Below are positions 11,506 to 20,948 of a DNA stretch of 64,000 bases, piece by piece. Source of the stretch: Alphaproteobacteria bacterium (GTDB taxonomy: Bacteria > Pseudomonadota > Alphaproteobacteria > Rs-D84 > CACZYB01). The stretch's first letter is position 1. Each line of letters starts with the position of its first letter. The stretch is taken from NCBI GenBank assembly GCA_016297965.1, contig JAEDDP010000004.1, positions 15,661 to 79,660 on the forward strand. The letters are read 5' to 3'. The notes under the pieces were generated by a model that searched no databases, was not told the origin of the DNA, and saw only the letters and a list, made by a program, of their open reading frames with translations. Made by a program: the position numbers and the translations under genes.

Positions 11506-14500
11506 ATGTCAATAGCTCCTTTCGTTCATTTAAGGAACCACACAGCATATTCTGTGGCGGAGGGAGCATTGACTTCGCATACCATCGTTGATTTGTGTAA
11601 GGAATACAATATGCCGGCGGCGGCCATTACCGATACAAATAATATTTTCGGTGGTGCGGAATTTTCAACTTACCTTGGGGATGATGGAATACAACCAATA
11701 CTTGGAACCCAACTTGATGTTGATTTTGGTTTACCCTCCTCTGTTTTTGCAAAGGCGCCCTATTCACAGTTAGTACTTCTTGTAAAGGATGATGTTGGTT
11801 ATCACAACCTTATAAAACTTATTTCCTATGCACACATAAGAAAAAAGGATAATGAACCGGCACGAATAACCCTTGATATGTTAAAGGAAAAGACCGAAGG
11901 ATTGATTGCACTTTCCGGTGGTGTAAAGGGAGTTATTGGTAAATGCTTACTTGCGGAAAATAAGGAACTTGCCGAAGAAAAATGCCTTTTATTAAAGGAA
12001 CTTTTTGGCGACAGATTTTATATGGAAATTCAACGGCACAACCTTGCCGATGAAATCACAACAGAACCGGACTTTTTAAATCTTGCATATAAACACAACA
12101 TTCCATTGGTTGCCACGAATGAATGTTATTTTGCATCCCGTGATATGTACCAAGCACACGATGTTTTACTTTGTATAAGTGCCGGACGATTTGTTGATGA
12201 AAAGGACAGACGAAGGGAGACCGAGGAACATTATTTTAAATCACCGGATGAAATGGTTGCCCTTTTTTCGGATTTGCCGGAAGCCATTCAAAATACCATA
12301 GAAATTGCAAAAAGATGCGCCTACAAATTTATGACATCAAAGCCATTATTACCACACGTTGAAAAAGGTGCGGATGAACCAACCTTGCTCCGCCAAAGGG
12401 CGCACGATGGTTTATTGGAACGTCTTGACAAGGCGGGAATTATTGGGGATGAAGCCCGAAAACCGTATATGGACCGTCTTCAATATGAACTTGATGTTAT
12501 AACAAAAATGGGCTTTTCCGGATACTTCCTTATCGTTGCGGACTTTATCGGATGGGCGAAAAGACACGATATTCCGGTTGGTCCGGGTCGTGGAAGTGGT
12601 GCCGGCTCCATCGTTGCTTGGGGTATGAAAATTACGGATTTGAATCCGTTAAGATTTGGTTTGCTTTTTGAACGATTCCTTAACCCTGAACGTGTTAATA
12701 TGCCGGATTTTGATATTGACTTCTGCGAAGATCGTCGCGGTGAGGTTATCCACTATATTCAGGAAAAATATGGTGCAGACAGTGTTGGTCAAATTATTAC
12801 ATTCGGTCAGTTAAAGGCAAAAAACGCAATAAAGGATGTTGGACGAGTTTTGCGTATTCCGTATACAAAATGTGATGACCTTTGCAAAATGATTCCTGTA
12901 AAGGTTAAAATTGTAAAGGATGGCAAGGAAAAGGAAGTTGAATCAACAATACCTCTTTGTATGAAATATGTGCCGGAGTTTGCACAGGCTGTTGAAAATG
13001 ATGATGTGTTAAAGGGGCTTATCAATATTGCGGTGAAAATTGAAGGTTTATTCAAAAGTACCGGAATGCACGCCGCCGGTGTTGTTATTGGCGACCGTCC
13101 AATTGATGAACTTGTTGCCCTTTATAAAACTGATAAATCCGACCTACCCGTTACCCAATATAATATGAAATATATTGAAAGTACCGGACTTATCAAATAC
13201 GACTTTTTGGGACTTAAAACACTTACCGTTATAAAAACGGCATGTGATATGATTTACAAATGCCGTGGAATAAAAATTGATATTAACAATATTCCGATGG
13301 ATGATAAGGACACCTATAATCTTCTTATGCAATCAAATACTCCGGCTGTGTTCCAGTTGGAATCAAAGGGTATGCAAAGTACAATTTTGGATTTAAAGCC
13401 AGATAAGATTGAAGATTTGGTGGCATTGGTTGCACTTTACCGACCTGGACCTATGGATAACATTCCTCTTTACATCCGGCGAAAGTTTGGTGAAAAAGTT
13501 GAATACCTTCATCCGAAAATGGAACCAATACTTCGCGAAACATACGGTATTATGGTTTATCAGGAACAGGTTATGGAAATGGGTAAACAACTTGCCGGAT
13601 ATTCACTTGGTGCGGCGGATATGCTTCGTCGTGCAATGGGAAAGAAAAAACCGGAAGTTATGGCCCAACATCGTGAAATATTTAAAAAGGGATGTTTGGA
13701 ATACAGCAACATTGATGAAAAAACATCAATGGCTATATTTGATGCAATGGAACAGTTTGCAAACTATGGTTTCAACAAATCCCACGCGGTTTGTTATGCA
13801 TGGGTTTGTTATCAAACGGCATACCTTAAAACACACTATGCCCCTGAATTTATGGCGGCATCAATGACCTATGAAATGTCCGATACGGACAAGCTCGCCT
13901 TTTTCGCGGAAAATGTGAAAAAAATGGGTATAAAGATTTTACGCCCAGACATCAATAAATCATTTGAATATTTTTCTGTTGAAAATGGAAACATCCGCTA
14001 TGCAATGTCTGCGGTCAAAGGTGTTGGTACCGGCGTGGTTAAGGCAATTGCCGAAGAACGTGAAAAAAATGGCGAATTTAAAAACATAACCGATTTTATT
14101 TCAAGGATTGATTCAAAAAATCTTAACCGACGAATGCTTGAAAACCTTATAAAGGCCGGCGCATTTGACAGTCTTGAACCAAACAGAAATAAAATGTTTG
14201 AAAATGTAAGTTATATTCTTTCACAAATTTCATCAATAAATCAGGATAAGGAAAACAATCAAAACAGCCTATTTTCACTTGATGAAATGAATGTAAAACG
14301 CGATGATATACGACTTGCCGAAGCAATTGATTGGAAACCACTTGAAAAGCTTAATTTTGAAAAGGAAGCCATCGGTTTTTACGTATCTGCACACCCATTG
14401 GATGTTTACGAAAATACACTTCTTGCCCTTGGAATAAAAAATACAAACGACATTTCGCAAATAAAGGAAGATTTAAAAATTTCCGTTGCCGGTATTGTGG

Positions 14501-14994
14501 AGGAAGCAAAACAAAGGGTTTCAAAAACCGGCAAAAACTATATTATGGCAAAAATAAGCGATAAGTTTGGAACTTGTGATGTACTTTTCTTTGAACGGAA
14601 ACCATTACCATATAATCAAAAGTTTTCAAAGGCGGAACCACCACAATCACTTGAAACAATAAAGTCAATCCTTGACAGTGGAAAACCTGTCCTCATTTAC
14701 GCGGATACAAAATGCGGAAACGACGGACGTGTTTCGCTTTTCGGAAATAAAATTGAATATTTAACACTTAACACACAACTTGGTTCCGATATTTATATTC
14801 AAATAAATGAGGTTGATGCGGTCCGCGCCCTTAAAAAAACAATAACATCATTACCGGGCGGATTTACATCAATCCATCTTCAAGTAATTGAAAACGGAAA
14901 ACGGGTAAATGTAAACCTTTCCGATAAAAAAGCAATTACGACGGAAAGTATTGAATTATTAAAGGTTATTCCGGGAATTATTTTTCATTTTTAA
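11506..14994 (+). CDS. dnaE: DNA polymerase III alpha subunit
   Basis: 1162 aa with an N-terminal PHP domain (FVHLRNHTAYSVAEGA), GPGRGSGAGS, the PDFDIDF catalytic motif, and FNKSHA. Confidence 0.97.
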   Translation: MSIAPFVHLRNHTAYSVAEGALTSHTIVDLCKEYNMPAAAITDTNNIFGGAEFSTYLGDDGIQPILGTQLDVDFGLPSSVFAKAPYSQLVLLVKDDVGYHNLIKLISYAHIRKKDNEPARITLDMLKEKTEGLIALSGGVKGVIGKCLLAENKELAEEKCLLLKELFGDRFYMEIQRHNLADEITTEPDFLNLAYKHNIPLVATNECYFASRDMYQAHDVLLCISAGRFVDEKDRRRETEEHYFKSPDEMVALFSDLPEAIQNTIEIAKRCAYKFMTSKPLLPHVEKGADEPTLLRQRAHDGLLERLDKAGIIGDEARKPYMDRLQYELDVITKMGFSGYFLIVADFIGWAKRHDIPVGPGRGSGAGSIVAWGMKITDLNPLRFGLLFERFLNPERVNMPDFDIDFCEDRRGEVIHYIQEKYGADSVGQIITFGQLKAKNAIKDVGRVLRIPYTKCDDLCKMIPVKVKIVKDGKEKEVESTIPLCMKYVPEFAQAVENDDVLKGLINIAVKIEGLFKSTGMHAAGVVIGDRPIDELVALYKTDKSDLPVTQYNMKYIESTGLIKYDFLGLKTLTVIKTACDMIYKCRGIKIDINNIPMDDKDTYNLLMQSNTPAVFQLESKGMQSTILDLKPDKIEDLVALVALYRPGPMDNIPLYIRRKFGEKVEYLHPKMEPILRETYGIMVYQEQVMEMGKQLAGYSLGAADMLRRAMGKKKPEVMAQHREIFKKGCLEYSNIDEKTSMAIFDAMEQFANYGFNKSHAVCYAWVCYQTAYLKTHYAPEFMAASMTYEMSDTDKLAFFAENVKKMGIKILRPDINKSFEYFSVENGNIRYAMSAVKGVGTGVVKAIAEEREKNGEFKNITDFISRIDSKNLNRRMLENLIKAGAFDSLEPNRNKMFENVSYILSQISSINQDKENNQNSLFSLDEMNVKRDDIRLAEAIDWKPLEKLNFEKEAIGFYVSAHPLDVYENTLLALGIKNTNDISQIKEDLKISVAGIVEEAKQRVSKTGKNYIMAKISDKFGTCDVLFFERKPLPYNQKFSKAEPPQSLETIKSILDSGKPVLIYADTKCGNDGRVSLFGNKIEYLTLNTQLGSDIYIQINEVDAVRALKKTITSLPGGFTSIHLQVIENGKRVNVNLSDKKAITTESIELLKVIPGIIFHF

Positions 14995-15058
14995 ATAGAC
15001 AGACAACTTATTTTATGTTATAATGAAAGACGTTTAGGAAATTTTCTGGAGAGAAGCT

Positions 15059-16126
15059 ATGGATTTCAAAGAAAAAATTGAAACAAAGCACCACACAGTA
15101 TTAGGAATTTCACTTTGTTTGTTGTTCGTATTAACGGCGACATTGGATGTTTATGCTGCAACACGAACCGTGGCAAGACGTGCCTCATCAACAAAGAAAA
15201 GTTCAGGAACACGCACAAATAAACGTGCCGCATCAAGTGGCAGAACAGCAAAGAAAAGCAGTTCTTCATCTTCAAGAACAAACAAGCGTGCGGCTGCAAG
15301 CGGAAGAACAACTTCCGGAACAAGCAGTGCAAGAAGTTCTTCTCGTTCTTCAACGAAACGTGCGGCCGCTTCAACCCGTAGCTCCGCTACATCAACAAAA
15401 CGCTCATCCGCTTCACAAAGGGCAAGATATTCATTTTCTTCAAGAGCTGCTGTTGCGACTGCATCGTCAACTGGAACAACAACTGTAAAGACCGCAACCG
15501 CATCTACACTCTGCCCTATTGAAAAATTGTTAAAGAAAACTGTTAATGATGATGGAGCTGATGTTTACTACAAAACAAGAACAATTTTGTGTTCTGCCCC
15601 TGAAAACACTGAGGATAAACCTTGGGATATGACCGATAGTAAAAAGTTGAAACAGTTCACAACAAAAAAGGCTTGGATTTCATCGGATGAGGCCGTTTAC
15701 CTTGAATGTAGCGATGGTTATTTATTATATCAATCTGCGTGTGTAAGTTATGATGACTTCTGTCCTTTAAATGAAATACTTGAAAAGTCGGGAAAAAAGT
15801 ATACCAGTCCATATACAGATGATATATGTAAAGTTGCACCAAACTCCATTGCACAAAAGGTATCCGAGGAAGAAAACGATTCCGGTATTGTTCAAAATAA
15901 GGCCTATCGTTTGGTATGTAAGGAAGGTTATTATACCGATACTGATAATTACGTAAGATGTTTGAAATGTCCAAACAATGGTACATCAACAAAGGGTGAA
16001 AATATTGGTGTTTCATCTTGTTCTGGTGCTAAAATTACCACGACAACAACTACTACAAACACCACAACGGAACCAAAGATTCCTGATTGTCCTGCGGGAT
16101 ATTATGCCGCCACAAGTTCATCTTAG
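15059..16126 (+). CDS. Secreted/membrane-anchored protein with a basic Ser/Thr/Arg/Ala-rich repeat region and Cys-rich C-terminal modules
   Basis: N-terminal hydrophobic segment. About 110 aa of imperfect repeats of the TNKRAA(S/A)SGRT type. Then Cys-rich modules such as CKEGYYTDTDNYVRCLKCPNNGTS and CPAGYY, and a poly-Thr run. Confidence 0.6.
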   Translation: MDFKEKIETKHHTVLGISLCLLFVLTATLDVYAATRTVARRASSTKKSSGTRTNKRAASSGRTAKKSSSSSSRTNKRAAASGRTTSGTSSARSSSRSSTKRAAASTRSSATSTKRSSASQRARYSFSSRAAVATASSTGTTTVKTATASTLCPIEKLLKKTVNDDGADVYYKTRTILCSAPENTEDKPWDMTDSKKLKQFTTKKAWISSDEAVYLECSDGYLLYQSACVSYDDFCPLNEILEKSGKKYTSPYTDDICKVAPNSIAQKVSEEENDSGIVQNKAYRLVCKEGYYTDTDNYVRCLKCPNNGTSTKGENIGVSSCSGAKITTTTTTTNTTTEPKIPDCPAGYYAATSSS

Positions 16127-16151
16127 TTTGTGGTTGTTTTGAAATTAAAAA

Positions 16152-16182
16152 ATCCCTCTTGTTTAAAGGGGGATTTTTTTTT
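16152..16182. terminator. Bidirectional intrinsic terminator
   Basis: ATCCC...GGGAT hairpin flanked by an A-run and T9. It lies between convergent genes. Confidence 0.7.
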
Positions 16183-16196
16183 ACTCAATCAAAGAT

Positions 16197-16742
16197 TTAT
16201 TTCTTCTTACATATTGATTTTGATTTCATCACATCTTCCAAAATTGGTTTCATCTTTTTTATTATATTTCGGTAAACATCTCGTTTAAATGGAACGACTC
16301 TCCTTGTAATATTTTGCGACAATTCCACCCATTTAAAGGAAGACAACTCAACATTCGGAATTTTTATATCGGCATCATTTCCACAAAATTCAATAAGAAA
16401 CCATTTTTGAATTTGTCCATTGACATTTTTATAATAGTCATGCGCCTTTTTGGCGGAAAACTTCAACTCTGCGGGAAATCTGTATGCCCGCCAAACGTTA
16501 TCTTTATATACTATCTTTGCCTTTTTTATTCCGGTTTCTTCAAATAATTCACGAAGTACTGCCGTATCGGTCGTTTCACCGGTATCCACCCCACCCTGTG
16601 GAAATTGCCATTTGTATATTATTTTATCCTGATTACGTTCCGCCAACAAAACCTTTCCATCGGAATTAAATAAAATAATTCCAACGTTTTTGCGATAACG
16701 GCAACCATCAATTTCAATATATTCTGATTTATCTACTTCCAT
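16197..16742 (-). CDS. rppH: RNA pyrophosphohydrolase (Nudix)
   Basis: Nudix box GGVDTGETTDTAVLRELFEETGI. The N-terminus YRKNVGIILFN is typical of RppH/NudH. Confidence 0.85.
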   Translation of the reverse strand: MEVDKSEYIEIDGCRYRKNVGIILFNSDGKVLLAERNQDKIIYKWQFPQGGVDTGETTDTAVLRELFEETGIKKAKIVYKDNVWRAYRFPAELKFSAKKAHDYYKNVNGQIQKWFLIEFCGNDADIKIPNVELSSFKWVELSQNITRRVVPFKRDVYRNIIKKMKPILEDVMKSKSICKKK

Positions 16743-16886
16743 AAAGATTCTCCTTACTTTTGTAAGTATAGTATGTAAAAGGAAAAAGACAATAATTTTA
16801 AATATTTTTTATAAAGTAATTCTCACCTCATCTATCATCCTGAGTTTATTTTAGGAGCTTTTGGAAAGGAACACAAGGTGCAAAAA

Positions 16887-16910
16887 AACTCCTTAGGGTT
16901 TTAAGGAGTT
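16887..16910. terminator. Bidirectional intrinsic terminator after the merR-family gene
   Basis: AACTCCTTA-gggttt-TAAGGAGTT flanked by an A-run and a T-run. Confidence 0.75.
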
Positions 16911-16926
16911 TTTTATTTTCAAGAAT

Positions 16927-17358
16927 TTATTCCGAAAGGATTTTTTCAATTTCAGAAAGTTTTTGTATCGCCTCAGAAAAATCAACCTTTTTATCTTCAC
17001 TTTCGGACAATGGAGCATCAAAGGAAAAACGTTTCAAAATGCGGGAACTTTTTTGTTGTACCGGTTCTAATGTCTGGGTTACCTCATCCATTTGAAAATC
17101 CGCAAACACCTTCGCTCCATCAGATTTTTTTTCATGCAAAATCTTTTTCGCACCCTTTATCGTAAATCCCTTCTTATAAAGTAAATCCTTTATACGAAGG
17201 ATGGTCTCTATATCATTTTGACGATAATAACGGCGACCCTGCCGTCTATCGGGATTGATTTCGGAAAATTCCTTTTCCCAAAAACGAATAACATATTTTG
17301 GAAGTTCGGTCTTGTCTGACACTTCGGCAATGCTGTAAAATATTTTATCCTCAGACAT
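16927..17358 (-). CDS. MerR-family transcriptional regulator
   Basis: N-terminal HTH YSIAEVSDKTELPKYVIRFWEKEF. It sits directly downstream of ihfA, as in many alphaproteobacteria. Confidence 0.8.
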   Translation of the reverse strand: MSEDKIFYSIAEVSDKTELPKYVIRFWEKEFSEINPDRRQGRRYYRQNDIETILRIKDLLYKKGFTIKGAKKILHEKKSDGAKVFADFQMDEVTQTLEPVQQKSSRILKRFSFDAPLSESEDKKVDFSEAIQKLSEIEKILSE

Positions 17359-17383
17359 TCTCCCTCTCCCAAATCAAATTGCT

Positions 17384-17671
17384 TTAATTAAGTGTAGTTT
17401 TTAAATTTTTTGCCGGTCTAAACGAAATAACATTTCTTGCTTCAATAACGGCTTCCTTACCTGTTTTTGGATTTCTTCCAATTCGTTCATTTTTATGTTT
17501 CACGGTAAAGGTTCCAAGTCCCATAATCTTCACCTCTTTGGCCGAAGCAATACCATCAGACAAGATGTTAAAAAACAAATCAACAATTTCCGAAGAATCT
17601 GTTAAACTTAAACCTGTACCCTTTGAAATATCAGATGCCAAGTCTATTTTTTTTATATTTTCCTTTTCCAT
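17384..17671 (-). CDS. ihfA: Integration host factor alpha subunit (HU/IHF family)
   Basis: GLGTFTVKHKNERIGRNPKTGKEAVIEARNVISFRPAKNLK (DNA-binding arm). It sits downstream of fabH. Confidence 0.75.
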   Translation of the reverse strand: MEKENIKKIDLASDISKGTGLSLTDSSEIVDLFFNILSDGIASAKEVKIMGLGTFTVKHKNERIGRNPKTGKEAVIEARNVISFRPAKNLKTTLN

Positions 17672-17684
17672 TTTAACACCTCAT

Positions 17685-18647
17685 TTAAAATTCAAGAAAA
17701 ACTGAACCCCAGGTAAAACCTGCACCCATCGCGGTCAAAAGGACCTTATCTCCTTTTTTAAGCTGACCATTTTTTGTGGCAATATTCAAAGCCAAAGGAA
17801 TACAAGCCGACGAAATATTTCCGTGTGATTGTATTGATTTTACAACCTTTTCTTCTGGAATATCCAAATTTTTAAGGGCAGCATCAATAATTCTAACGTT
17901 TGCCTGATGTGGAATAAAACAGTCAACATCCGCCATTGTATATCCCGCCTTTGCCACAACTTCCTTTGATATTTCCGGCATCCTTGCAACGGCAAGTTTG
18001 AAAACTTCCTTACCTTCCATATAGATATTTCCCGAAGTTTTTGTCATTGATGGACCACCAGTTGCCTTTAATATATCAACATAGTTTCCATCCGATTTTA
18101 TTGAATAAGAAAGGATTCCAGTCTTCTTACTGGTCGCACGAAGAACCGCCGCACCCGCACCATCACCAAAAAGAACACAAGTTGTTCTGTCGGTCCAATC
18201 GGTAATACGGGAAAGTGTTTCCGCACCAACAACCACCGCAGTTTTATATTGTCCGGACTTTATCATTGCATCGGCAACGGTCAATCCATATACAAATCCG
18301 GAACACGCCGCCTGTATATCAAAAACAACGGCATTTTTAAGTCCCAACTTTTTTTGAACTATACATGCAGTTGCCGGAAAAACCAAATCAGGAGTAATTG
18401 TTGCAACTATAAGCAAATCAACATCGTCAACGGAAACATTGGCATTCTTCAATGCATCTGAAATTGCCCGTGCCGACAAATCGGATGTATATTCACCATC
18501 ATCCGCAACACGACGTTCCTTTATACCGGTACGTGTGAAAATCCATTCATCAGAAGTATCAACAACCTTTGATAAATCCTCATTTGTCACAATTTTTTCA
18601 GGCAAATAAGAACCTGTACCAATTATTTCTGAATAAATCTCACTCAT
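17685..18647 (-). CDS. fabH: 3-oxoacyl-ACP synthase III
   Basis: Active-site AACSGF, HQANVRI, and GNISSACIPLAL. Confidence 0.95.
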   Translation of the reverse strand: MSEIYSEIIGTGSYLPEKIVTNEDLSKVVDTSDEWIFTRTGIKERRVADDGEYTSDLSARAISDALKNANVSVDDVDLLIVATITPDLVFPATACIVQKKLGLKNAVVFDIQAACSGFVYGLTVADAMIKSGQYKTAVVVGAETLSRITDWTDRTTCVLFGDGAGAAVLRATSKKTGILSYSIKSDGNYVDILKATGGPSMTKTSGNIYMEGKEVFKLAVARMPEISKEVVAKAGYTMADVDCFIPHQANVRIIDAALKNLDIPEEKVVKSIQSHGNISSACIPLALNIATKNGQLKKGDKVLLTAMGAGFTWGSVFLEF

Positions 18648-18668
18648 CCCTAGTCCTTTTACTTATAA

Positions 18669-19694
18669 TTACTTTATTTTTTCAATTTCCTTTTCAATTT
18701 TTGGAATAAAATTGTTTACAAGCATTTTCGAAGCATAAAGCACAGCATTTGAAAAACCGAACGCATCGGTTCCGCCATGACTTTTTACGACAACACCATT
18801 AAGTCCAAGCAACACCGCACCATTATATTTTCGTGGGTCAATCTTGCTTTTAAATTTCTTAACGGAACTACGCATAAACATATAACCAATAATTGAAAGT
18901 ATTGATTTTGTAAAAACTTTTTTCAAATCATTTTTGATAAATTTTGCGGCACCTTCAATAGATTTAAGGGCAATATTACCACTGAATCCATCGGTTGCAA
19001 TAACATCAACCTTGTCCTGCATAATATCATCACCTTCAACAAATCCATAATAATCAAATGGAAGATGTTCTTTCTTTTCCGCAATGATTTCTTCTGCCTT
19101 TGTAAGGTAATCCAACCCCTTGCCGGCTTCTGAACCAATATTCAAAATACCAACCCTTGGACGTTCCTTGCCAAGCAAGATTTTTACATACATACTTCCC
19201 ATCACGGCAAATTGCACGATATTATGTTCATCACATTCGGCATTTGCCCCCAAATCCAACATAGCCGTATAATTAGCACTATTAGGGAGAAGTGTTGTAA
19301 TCGCTGGACGACGGATTCCCTCAATCATAGAGATAAGAAGTTTTGAAATTCCCATCAAACAACCGGTATTTCCACCACTCACAACCGCATCCGCCTGCTT
19401 ATTACGAACGGCTTCAATCGCCATCCACATAGATGTATTGCGCCCCCTTCTTATAATTTTTGATGGCTTATCATCGCCCTGCACCACTTCATCCGCCTGA
19501 ATAACAGAAGAAATATTGTTAAGACGAGGATATTTTGCCAAATAAGGAGCCAAAACATTTGCATCCCCAAAAAGGAGCAAAGAAATATTGTTTTTAACTA
19601 AATAATCATAAACAATATCAAGTCCGGCAATAACTGAGTAAGGAGCATTATCCCCACCCATAGCGTCAATTGCAATCGTCCACTTTTTATCCAA
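18669..19694 (-). CDS. plsX: Phosphate acyltransferase PlsX
   Basis: IAIDAMGGDNAP and GLNGVVVKSHGG motifs. TTG start with AGGGGA as SD. Confidence 0.95.
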   Translation of the reverse strand: MDKKWTIAIDAMGGDNAPYSVIAGLDIVYDYLVKNNISLLLFGDANVLAPYLAKYPRLNNISSVIQADEVVQGDDKPSKIIRRGRNTSMWMAIEAVRNKQADAVVSGGNTGCLMGISKLLISMIEGIRRPAITTLLPNSANYTAMLDLGANAECDEHNIVQFAVMGSMYVKILLGKERPRVGILNIGSEAGKGLDYLTKAEEIIAEKKEHLPFDYYGFVEGDDIMQDKVDVIATDGFSGNIALKSIEGAAKFIKNDLKKVFTKSILSIIGYMFMRSSVKKFKSKIDPRKYNGAVLLGLNGVVVKSHGGTDAFGFSNAVLYASKMLVNNFIPKIEKEIEKIK

Positions 19695-19711
19695 AATGAT
19701 TCCCCTACTTT

Positions 19712-19894
19712 TTATTTTGCAGAATCTTCAATAACTTTTCTGCCATTGTAAGAACCACAAGCCTTACATACGTTATGAGGTTTCACAACTTCACCACATA
19801 CTTTACATACAGAAACTGCATTAACAGCCAAAGCATCGTGAGCTCTTCTCATATTTCTTCTTGATTGAGATGTTTTCTTTTTTGGAACAGCCAT
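19712..19894 (-). CDS. rpmF: 50S ribosomal protein L32
   Basis: MAVPKKKTSQSRRNMRRAH plus CxxC...CxxC. Confidence 0.95.
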   Translation of the reverse strand: MAVPKKKTSQSRRNMRRAHDALAVNAVSVCKVCGEVVKPHNVCKACGSYNGRKVIEDSAK

Positions 19895-20068
19895 TTTAAA
19901 TACTCCATTTCGTTAATTATTAAATTTTTTTAATTAAAACAATCAGTTAATTGCCTATATTTAACACTAAATTAAATATTTTTGCAAGATTTATTTTAAC
20001 ATTCCTGAAAATATATATAATTTCAAAAGATTTTGCAAGTTATTTTAAGAATTTTTTAATAAAAGTAT

Positions 20069-20096
20069 TTGACTGTAAAATAAAAATAAGTATAAT
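20069..20096 (+). promoter_or_regulatory. sigma70-like promoter for tRNA-Thr
   Basis: TTGACT (20069..20074), a 16-nt spacer, then TATAAT (20091..20096). The tRNA starts 17 nt downstream. Confidence 0.65.
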
Positions 20097-20112
20097 AGTC
20101 AAATATCTTGTT

Positions 20113-20187
20113 GCTACTGTGGCTCAGTGGTAGAGCGCACCCTTGGTAAGGGTGAGGTCGTGAGTCCGATTCTCACCAGTAGCACCA
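20113..20187 (+). tRNA. tRNA-Thr (anticodon GGU), CCA encoded
   Basis: Manual cloverleaf: acceptor GCTACTG/CAGTAGC, D-arm GCTC-AGTGGT-AGAGC, anticodon arm CACCC-TTGGTAA-GGGTG, T-arm GTGAG-TCCGATT-CTCAC. Confidence 0.9.
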
Positions 20188-20202
20188 TTCCAAGTTTTTG
20201 AT

Positions 20203-20535
20203 ATGAAAAAAGATATGTTTTTTAAATATTGCAAATTTTTATTTGAAATAATATTTAAAATTCAATCTGAAATTGGAAATCCAAACATTGAAAACGACGA
20301 AACAAATAAGAAAAGATTGGCAAACCGAAAATACGGACACATTTCTGAATATCTTACATCTTTATTCATTGAAGCAAAAAGGATGCAGGGATATAAAATA
20401 AAGGAATGCCCTATTGTCAAAACCGATTTCAAATTGTTTAATTTGCCAATAATTTACAGGGTAAAAACAAACGTATATGGAAAAATCTTTTTATTTGGTA
20501 AAAAGATAATAAAGTACAAATACTTCAAAAAATAG
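20203..20535 (+). pseudogene. Probable 3' remnant of a DUF4422-type glycosyltransferase gene
   Basis: The 110-aa ORF MKKDMFFKYCKFLFEIIF...YGHISEYLTSLFIE...IKECPIV resembles only the C-terminal third of DUF4422 proteins (MKKELFxxYCxWLF...GxxSERLL...E.PV). It starts 16 nt after tRNA-Thr. Confidence 0.45.
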
Positions 20536-20581
20536 TATCACAACATATTATTTGCCAATTCACTTTTTCCCCCCAACAAAA

Positions 20582-20607
20582 AATCCCCAAGCCTTCGTTC
20601 GGGGATT
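20582..20607 (-). terminator. Intrinsic terminator after rpmE
   Basis: AATCCCC/GGGGATT stem, followed by a T-run on the minus strand. Confidence 0.65.
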
Positions 20608-20634
20608 TTAAATTCTTTACAATAAACAAAAATA

Positions 20635-20859
20635 TTATGCTTTTCTTGTAAATCCAGCAAATTTTTGTTTAAATTTATCGGCAGCACCACCACCAATATC
20701 TTGTAAACTTCTTTTACCTGTCCATGCTGGATGAGTATTTGGATCAATATCAAGTTTCAATGGTTCCTTTCTTTCCAATGTTGAACGCATTTTAACTACT
20801 TCACCAGTTGTAAGAATAACATCATATTCGTTATATTTTGGATGAATACCTTTTTTCAT
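20635..20859 (-). CDS. rpmE: 50S ribosomal protein L31
   Basis: MKKGIHPKY N-terminus and HPAWTG motif. Confidence 0.93.
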   Translation of the reverse strand: MKKGIHPKYNEYDVILTTGEVVKMRSTLERKEPLKLDIDPNTHPAWTGKRSLQDIGGGAADKFKQKFAGFTRKA

Positions 20860-20948
20860 AATAAAATTCCTTTTGTTTTGACAATTAGTATACGATATTA
20901 TATAATAAAAAATATTTATTTCAAGTAAAAAATAGGGAAAAACACATT

